This document shows, in pieces, positions 58,501 to 64,000 of a DNA stretch of 64,000 nucleotides. The stretch covers positions 672,001 to 736,000 of the forward strand of contig OY969934.1 in NCBI GenBank assembly GCA_963704725.1. The letters run 5' to 3'. This stretch comes from an uncultured Actinomycetes bacterium. Its GTDB lineage: Bacteria > Actinomycetota > UBA4738 > HRBIN12. The translations under genes were made by a program, and so were the position numbers. Below the pieces are notes generated by a model, which made no database searches, was not told the origin of the DNA, and saw only the letters and a list, made by a program, of their open reading frames with translations. Within the stretch, counting starts at the first letter, position 1. Each line of letters opens with the position of its first letter.

Positions 58501-58780
58501 GGGCGAGGAGGAACGGGCCGCGGAGCTCCTCGTCGGCGGCGACGGAGACGACGGTGAACCCGAGCGCGCTCGCCTGCTCGGCGGCGTCGACCATCAGCCG
58601 GGTCTTGCCGATGCCGGGCTCGCCCTCGAGCGTGAGGGCGGTGAGGCGGCCGGCGGCGGCGGAGCGCAGCTCCTGGCCGATCGCGGCGAGCTCGGTGGCG
58701 CGGCCCACGACCTCACGGGTGACGCGGCGGACCTGGAGCTGCAGCGGGGCGAAAGGGATCGCGGTGCCCGGTCGGCTCAT
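55592..58780 (-). CDS. STAND AAA ATPase with helical repeats and C-terminal LuxR-like HTH
   Basis: GEPGIGKT, DDLQWAD, GVPF, F.HD; LVAGRTDREIAEELGL. Confidence 0.88.
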   Translation of the reverse strand: MSRPGTAIPFAPLQLQVRRVTREVVGRATELAAIGQELRSAAAGRLTALTLEGEPGIGKTRLMVDAAEQASALGFTVVSVAADEELRGPFLLARSILGAAAAADSSVPALAAAVDALSGRDDPSLAGLPPDAKLLRTFDLAAVALRDLAAAKPLAIFVDDLQWADDDSLRAMRYVVRAVTTSPILLMATIRPEELAFVTEAVTLLADMERFGVVRRFRLSRFSHPESATFLAEVLGGTVDPRMANTMHGQSEGVPFILAELAQTYREAGMAQRVGDVWTLTKGAEKLVPAAVRTLISRRAARLPDETMGALALAAILGRRFSLKDLEEVEVRLGDRKPSTDELAEALAPAVAAGLLLELPKDEAADYSFAHDQVREFATGSLSPSKRRAVHEAIVQLLMTGAPAPESLPLLAHHAKAAGDATICVRFSLQAAENSLRASAPEEVLRVVDLALPAATSAQERLQLLIARDDALEMLHRTGDRLEGLAEIEALAEALGDTSSTGRDVRLRRTAALRQSEEHEASATLARQVQGDAAASGDRRLELAATLELGQALMGAELGEMFSPSFTEADLEGAAEAFRHAADLARELGDDRALAASLREIAVVDFGLFRAWFVGEIMNGAHQEFLRMTTSMPMAEVVRQTPVAHLYEEASRLLPEALEIYERLDDRQGAMTVIIAMGVLSWGADIHLGSGAGHHIEEIRRLWTNIKSFTKGSERAISEWQMVFGTHVFARAKVIPDLAVSRGEEAYRQAKVIGDKGFEFLSAGGTAMAWLDLDDVVGAREWLARAEAAASDAPTAFRTRQLELWRALVHAAAGDANEMRRHFERAIELAAAQGQTAARCEALGRLAVEAARLGEAGGDEELLGAAETAALEVRSLASQLPGHPPWPAQADAAMAMVELARGRVEQAVEAARSAVQSLQDSAHEDVSLEIVLPAARAIVEGGTEEERAGVVDYLRLTLVLIAQRTVDPEVRARWLRGSTGGALARLVGPIAADGVQGIGPAELDEQEVALLGGLVAGRTDREIAEELGLGEAEVASRLAELYARLGTPSRAEATAYAFREVI

Positions 58781-58850
58781 CGACCAATGAGGCTACGACA
58801 GGGCGGCATCACGCGCGCCGGAGGGCCGGCGGATCCACACGAGGGATTCG

Positions 58851-61040
58851 CTAGCCGAGCTCCCACGCCCGCCCAGCGCCGATGGGGGCCGGGGCGGGGG
58901 TGATGCGGAACGACGTGCCGTCCACCTCGATCACCCCGAAGTCCCCGGCGAAGTGCAGGCGGAGCTTCGGCGCGCACGTGCACGCCGAGAATCCGCAGCA
59001 CGGGCCCGAGCGGCAGTCCACCCGCTCCATCTCGGCGTCGATCGTGGCGCCGTGCTCGACGGTCGAGCCGACCAGGGCGGTGACCCGGCCGGTGGCGGGC
59101 CAGATCGACGGCGGGACGATCGTCCCGGCGTCGGCCACGATGCCCGTCTCGAACGTCAGCCACAGCGAGTCGTCCTCGAGGTTGGCCTCGTCGTTGGCCA
59201 CCTCGCTCGCCTCGTAGTGGAGGCGGTCCCGGCGCTCGTGGTCGTGCAGGTCGGTGATGGCGTGGAACGGCGTACCCTCCGGCGCCACCGGCTCGAGCTC
59301 GTCGGGGTCCGAGCCGAGCTGGTGTCGCAGGTCGTAGTCGATGAAGATCCCGACCTTGCCCTCGACCCAGCCCGCCGCCGTGAACTCGACGGGGCACTCC
59401 GGCGGTCCCTGGTACGTGCACTCGACATCGGCGTTCGCGGCGATCCGGCTGGACGCGTGGCCGGTGTAGCGGTTCACGTGCCCCGGGCACATGCTCTCGA
59501 GATCGATCTTCACGACGTTGGCCACGACCCACGCCGCATGGGCGGCCACCTCCGGCGGCTCCTCGTGCGAGCGGAGCTGCCGGTACGGTGCGACGTCCTC
59601 GGGCATGCGGGGCTCGCCGAGGCCCTGCATCCACGCCAGGTCCTCGGCCGGGCCGCTGCGCACCGCGGCCTCGACGCGCCCGCCCAGGCCGTGGGGTTCG
59701 AGCGCGAGCGAGGGGATCCGCAGCCGCGCGGACGGGGCGTCGGGGGTCACGCCCTCCTGTCGCCCCCGCGCCGCCAGCTCGCGCTCGGACACCGTGAGGC
59801 TCACGCTCACCGTGTAGACGCAGCACTCCCGCCCCCGGGCCGGGCGGAGCAGCCGGCGGCCGGCGTCGGTCCGGTAGTAGACGGCCCAGTCGCACGCCGC
59901 GTACTCGGGCTCCGGCGGGACCCCGCCCACCGGCGGGGTGGGTTCCTCGGGGGGCGGCCTCCCGCGCTCGCGGGTCGGACCGGAGGCGGGAGGCGGCGGC
60001 GTCCGCTCGCGCGTGCGGCCCCACAGCAGGAAGCCACCCAGGAGCGCCGCGACGATGCCGGCGGCGACCAGCATCCAGTCGAGGAGGTCCCCGTCCTCCT
60101 GGGCCACCTCGCCGACGCCGGGCACGAACGAGGCACGTGGCGAGGGCGAGGTCGACGCGGCCGCCGAGGGCGACGGCGTGGGCGACTCGCTGGGCGAGGG
60201 CTCCTCCTCGACCGCCTGCCGGAGCAGGGGCGTGAAGACGTCGACGGGCGGCGGCAGCGTCCCGCGCGGGTTCACGCCCGTCACCGAGTCGGCCGCGCCC
60301 GGGTCCTCGGCGTTCGCTTGGTGGAAGGTGTGGGCGTCGAACCCGATCACCGTGCCCCGGAGCGGGAACTCGGCGGCCGGGATCACGAACCACGCCAGCT
60401 CGCCCTGCCGGAGCACGAGGGCGTCCGTGTGGAACTCCTGGAAGGGACCCCCGGCGACCTGGAGGTAGACGACCGAGTCGCCGTCGGCGGTGAGGTCGAG
60501 CCGCCACGCCTTGTTCGTGTCGACGAACGGCGAGGCCGGGCGGGGGTCCTGGGCCGTGGGGAAGTCGTCGTCGTTCGCGAGCACGGCCAGCGTGAGCACC
60601 TCCTGGCCGGAGACCGCGGGCTCGGCGGCCAGGCGCATCCCCACGACGACCGTCCCACTCCGGAAGGGGCGGGTCGAGGTCTCGTACCGGGGGCACGACA
60701 CCTCCGGCCGCTCGCAGTCCAGCGCTCCGCCCGGCGAGAACAGGGCGTCGAACGACTCGCCGTCGATCGCGATCGCGAACTGGGTCTCCTGGACGAGATC
60801 GGCGAACGCCGGGACCGACCCGGGGGCTCCGCCTTCGAGGGTGTAGAGGTCGCCGGCCGCGTCGGGGACGTCTACCGTTTGCGGCGCCCCGTCCCAGGCG
60901 AACGCGCCGGCCGGATCCCCGACGAGCGCGTTCAGCGCGTCGACGAAGGCCGCGGACAGATCGACGGTCTCCTGCCCGGACGCGGGCGCCGCCGACACCA
61001 CGAGCACCGCGGCGACGAGCAGGACCCGGGCCGCCCTCAC
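58851..61040 (-). CDS. Type I membrane protein with Cys-rich C-terminal domain
   Basis: GTGA overlap start; signal peptide, PS linker, TM WMLVAAGIVAALLGGFLLW, then many Cys. Confidence 0.65.
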   Translation of the reverse strand: MRAARVLLVAAVLVVSAAPASGQETVDLSAAFVDALNALVGDPAGAFAWDGAPQTVDVPDAAGDLYTLEGGAPGSVPAFADLVQETQFAIAIDGESFDALFSPGGALDCERPEVSCPRYETSTRPFRSGTVVVGMRLAAEPAVSGQEVLTLAVLANDDDFPTAQDPRPASPFVDTNKAWRLDLTADGDSVVYLQVAGGPFQEFHTDALVLRQGELAWFVIPAAEFPLRGTVIGFDAHTFHQANAEDPGAADSVTGVNPRGTLPPPVDVFTPLLRQAVEEEPSPSESPTPSPSAAASTSPSPRASFVPGVGEVAQEDGDLLDWMLVAAGIVAALLGGFLLWGRTRERTPPPPASGPTRERGRPPPEEPTPPVGGVPPEPEYAACDWAVYYRTDAGRRLLRPARGRECCVYTVSVSLTVSERELAARGRQEGVTPDAPSARLRIPSLALEPHGLGGRVEAAVRSGPAEDLAWMQGLGEPRMPEDVAPYRQLRSHEEPPEVAAHAAWVVANVVKIDLESMCPGHVNRYTGHASSRIAANADVECTYQGPPECPVEFTAAGWVEGKVGIFIDYDLRHQLGSDPDELEPVAPEGTPFHAITDLHDHERRDRLHYEASEVANDEANLEDDSLWLTFETGIVADAGTIVPPSIWPATGRVTALVGSTVEHGATIDAEMERVDCRSGPCCGFSACTCAPKLRLHFAGDFGVIEVDGTSFRITPAPAPIGAGRAWELG

Positions 61041-61633
61041 GGCGCCCCCGCCACCGGGGTCCCGCAGTCGGTGAGCCAGCGGTACCGCCCGTCCTGGAGC
61101 ACGACGTGGACGTCGGTCTCGACGAACGTCTCGCCGTCCTCGGTGAACCGCACCCGGACGGTGGTCGCGCCGTGGACGCGCCGGCGGACGTCGTCGGTCT
61201 CGTACACGTAGGAGCCGTCGCCCTGCACGGCGAGGACCTCGACCGCGTAGTCGGGCACGTCCAGGGCGCCCAGGGACGCCCGGCATTGCTCTTCGCCGTA
61301 CCGGTCGAGCACGAACGGATGGAGCCGGGGGAGCAGGAACCGGACGTCCCCATCGGCGAAGGCGCTCCCGAGCGCGGCGAAGAACTCCTCCGGCGTCTCC
61401 GCGGCCGGCTCCTCCGTGGGCTCGGCGGTCGGGGACGGTGACGGCTCGGCGGTCGGGGACGGTGACGGCTCGGCGGTCGGGGACGGGCTCGCGGCGGTGG
61501 TCGGGGAGGTGGGGGCGCCGCCCGCGGCCGAGGAAGTGCCGCCACCGCCGCCCAGCACCCCGATCAGGCCGACGACGATCCCTCCGAGGCCCGCGGCGAG
61601 CAGGACCACGCCCACCCCCCGCCGAGCCCCCAC
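61037..61633 (-). CDS. Membrane-anchored/secreted protein with PSPTAE linker
   Basis: SD GGAGG before GTG 61633; N-terminal hydrophobic segment; C-terminal W.TDCG. Confidence 0.65.
   Translation of the reverse strand: MGARRGVGVVLLAAGLGGIVVGLIGVLGGGGGTSSAAGGAPTSPTTAASPSPTAEPSPSPTAEPSPSPTAEPTEEPAAETPEEFFAALGSAFADGDVRFLLPRLHPFVLDRYGEEQCRASLGALDVPDYAVEVLAVQGDGSYVYETDDVRRRVHGATTVRVRFTEDGETFVETDVHVVLQDGRYRWLTDCGTPVAGAP
61419..61486. repeat. 24-bp coding tandem repeat (~2.8 copies)
   Basis: ggctcggcggtcggggacggtgac encodes the PSPTAEPS linker on the minus strand. Confidence 0.85.
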
Positions 61634-61760
61634 CGAACCTCCCCCCGAAGGTTGGGCGGCACTATCCGTCGAGCTGGCCACCGAGTCAAACGCGTAACGG
61701 ACGCGCCCCTCGGGGCGGTACCGCAGAGTCCGGAGTCCATCGATGGTCGAGGGGGTCGTC

Positions 61761-62786
61761 ATGCGTCGTGCTCGAACCGTGTTCGTCATAGTCCCGGCTC
61801 TGATCGTGCTCCTGGGGGGGACGGCGCTGGCCGCCAAGCCCGGGCCGGGCACCAGCACCGGGACCGGCCGGGTCTTCTTCCCGAACCCGGTGGCGCAGCT
61901 CCAGGACCAGACGCTCACCGACCAGAACGACGCCGACTACGCGGCGCTTCAGCCGGCGTACGTCGAGGTCGAGCTGACGAACCTCGACGGCAGCGGCAAC
62001 CTGATCGGCGACTGGGCGAACATCCGGAGCTCGACGGGCCCGCTCGCGTACTCGGCCGACAACACCTTCCTGTACGACCGGCACGACGACCGGTTCGAGC
62101 AGGTCATGGCGTACTACTGGGTCACGCAGGCGCAGCTGTACATCCAGAGCCTGGGATTCGGCTCGACGCTACGCCCGGTCAACATGGAGTCGCAGGACGT
62201 CCGCATCAACACGTGGGGGCAGGACAACTCCTACTCGTGGGACAAGCACGACGTCCTGCGGTTCGGCAAGGGCGGGGTGGACGACGCCGAGGACGCCGAG
62301 GTCATCCTGCACGAGTACGGGCACGCCATCCAGGACTCGCAGATGACGCCGTTCGGCGGGTTCGGCACCTCCGCCGAGGCCGGCGCGATCGGCGAGGGGT
62401 TCGGCGACTACTGGGCGGTCACCGTCTCGAACGTCGTCGCGCCCACACCCGATCCGGCCTGCGTCGCCGACTGGGACTCGGTCTCGTACACGTCGACGAC
62501 CCCACACTGCCTGCGCCGCGTCGACGGGACCTTGATGTACCCGGCCGACCTCGACGGGCGGGTCCATCACGACGGGCAGATCTGGTCTCGCGCCCTGTGG
62601 GACATCCGGAACGCGCTCGGCCACGTGGTGGCGGACACGATCATCCTGGAGGCACAGTTCTCGTTCGCCCCCGACACGTCGATGCCGGCGGCGGCCGAGG
62701 CGACGGTGGCGGCGGCGGCGACGCTGTACGGAGCCGCGGAGGCGGCCGCCGTCCAGGCCGCGTTCGAGGCGCGGGGCATCCTCTGA
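61761..62786 (+). CDS. Secreted M36/M4-like zinc metallopeptidase
   Basis: Signal peptide; DAEVILHEYGH, GEGFGDY, VH.DGQIWS. Confidence 0.88.
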   Translation: MRRARTVFVIVPALIVLLGGTALAAKPGPGTSTGTGRVFFPNPVAQLQDQTLTDQNDADYAALQPAYVEVELTNLDGSGNLIGDWANIRSSTGPLAYSADNTFLYDRHDDRFEQVMAYYWVTQAQLYIQSLGFGSTLRPVNMESQDVRINTWGQDNSYSWDKHDVLRFGKGGVDDAEDAEVILHEYGHAIQDSQMTPFGGFGTSAEAGAIGEGFGDYWAVTVSNVVAPTPDPACVADWDSVSYTSTTPHCLRRVDGTLMYPADLDGRVHHDGQIWSRALWDIRNALGHVVADTIILEAQFSFAPDTSMPAAAEATVAAAATLYGAAEAAAVQAAFEARGIL

Positions 62787-62831
62787 CCGGTTTCGACGGG
62801 GCGTTGATGTCGTTTTCGATATCATTTCCAC

Positions 62832-63146
62832 GTGGACGCGTCCTCGATCGTGCTCGGGGCTCGCGCCTCGGAGGGGTTGACCCAGCGCGAGCTGGCGCGA
62901 CGGTCCGGCGTGCCGCAGGCGGCGATCTCGCGTATCGAGCGGGGTCTCGTCTCGCCCAGGACCGAGACGCTGGACCGGCTCCTCCGCGCGTGCCGGCGAG
63001 ACGTCGAGCTCGTGGTCCGACCGGGCACCGGCCTCGACCGCACCCTGATCCGGCAGCGGCTTCGCCTCAGCGTCTCCGAGCGCGCCAACGCCGCCGTGCG
63101 GGACTGGGAGGGCCTAAGTCGGTTCCTGCGGGCGGCGGGGCGATGA
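62832..63146 (+). CDS. XRE-family HTH protein
   Basis: GLTQRELARRSGVPQAAISRIERG; palindrome tgatgtcg-tttt-cgatatca (62805-62824) over -10 TATCAT. Confidence 0.85.
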   Translation: MDASSIVLGARASEGLTQRELARRSGVPQAAISRIERGLVSPRTETLDRLLRACRRDVELVVRPGTGLDRTLIRQRLRLSVSERANAAVRDWEGLSRFLRAAGR

Positions 63147-63646
63147 ACGAGTCCGCGTTCGATCCACTCTCGGCGCTGCGCACGCTCCTCGAGCACGACG
63201 TCCGCTTCATCATCATCGGTGGCTTCGCCTCGGCGCTTCGTGGATCGCCCGTCATCACCGGCGATCTCGACGTCTGCTACGCGCGGGACGATGCGAACCT
63301 CGAACGGCTCGCCGAAGCCCTTCGCGCGCTCCAGGCCAGACTTCGAGGCGCACCTCCCGACGTGCCGTTCCACCTGGATGCGCCGTCCCTCCGCGCCGGT
63401 GACCACTTCACGTTCACTACGTCGTCCGGCTCGCTCGATTGCCTGGGCACGCCCGCGGGGACGAACGGATTCGCCGACCTCGACGCCAGGGCGACGGGCG
63501 AGGTGATCGACGAGATGACGGTCCGTGTCGCCGCCCTCGACGACGTGATCCGGATGAAGCGGGCTGCCGGCCGGCCGAAGGATCTGATCCAGCTCGAGTG
63601 GCTCTCCGCGCTCCGGGACGAGATCGACGAATCGGGCCCGCGGTAG
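63143..63646 (+). CDS. Nucleotidyltransferase-like protein
   Basis: IGGFA...G...T.DLD; MK.AAGRPKD; ATGA overlap with the HTH gene. Confidence 0.8.
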   Translation: MNESAFDPLSALRTLLEHDVRFIIIGGFASALRGSPVITGDLDVCYARDDANLERLAEALRALQARLRGAPPDVPFHLDAPSLRAGDHFTFTTSSGSLDCLGTPAGTNGFADLDARATGEVIDEMTVRVAALDDVIRMKRAAGRPKDLIQLEWLSALRDEIDESGPR

Positions 63647-63665
63647 ACGCCGGTATCCTTCGGCG

Positions 63666-64000
63666 ATGGCCGACCTCGACCGCACCGACGCACTGGCCGA
63701 ACGCCTTCGGGCCGACTCCCAGGGCGCGCTGGAGCTCTTCGCGGTCTACCTGGGCAAGCGGCTCGGCCTGTACCGGGCGCTCGCCGAAGCCGGGCCCGTC
63801 ACCTCGACCGAGCTCGCCGAGCGGACGGGCATCGCCGAGCGGTACGCGCGGGAGTGGCTCGAGCATCACGCCGCCGGCGACCTGCTCGAGGTCGACGACC
63901 CCGCCGCCGAGCCGCTCGCCCGCCGGTACCGGATGCCGCCGGAGCACGTGCCGGTGCTGGCCGACGAGGACGACCTCCGCTACGGGGCCTACCGAGGGAT
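63666..64000 (+). CDS. wHTH-containing SAM-dependent methyltransferase family protein (3' end outside window)
   Basis: Own translation: LG.RLGLYRALA...TSTELAERTGIAERYAREWL; TATCCT 6 nt before the ATG. Confidence 0.75.
   Translation, partial: MADLDRTDALAERLRADSQGALELFAVYLGKRLGLYRALAEAGPVTSTELAERTGIAERYAREWLEHHAAGDLLEVDDPAAEPLARRYRMPPEHVPVLADEDDLRYGAYRG

Noticed and set aside
61419-61486. 24-bp tandem repeat as a functional DNA array
   Set aside because: In-frame Pro/Ser/Thr linker of a protein

Overview
Very GC-rich chromosomal segment, most likely from a deep-branching actinobacterium (mshA, glnA1/glnA2/glnE, GlnR-like regulator, RsiG/AmfC, many apparently leaderless genes). About 1-39 kb is core metabolism: nitrogen assimilation with two visible GlnR boxes, sulfate activation/reduction, an RsiG + HD-GYP pair, mycothiol synthesis and a proline/ornithine/amine catabolic cluster. 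About 39-64 kb is accessory: three VapBC-type TA pairs, an Xre-HTH/nucleotidyltransferase pair, an IS3 remnant, rqlH-rqlI, an array of small lower-GC genes separated by a recurring motif, and a STAND regulator coupled to a ferredoxin-nucleotide cyclase fusion. Best leads: (1) a ~275-nt highly structured non-coding RNA with its own promoter and terminator at 26335-26609, (2) a cassette-like array at 47.1-50.3 kb marked by the repeat TGTCCACGCGCCCCGGCGC, (3) the [3Fe-4S] ferredoxin-class III cyclase/STAND module at 54.9-61.6 kb. All calls come from motif recognition by eye; no searches were run.
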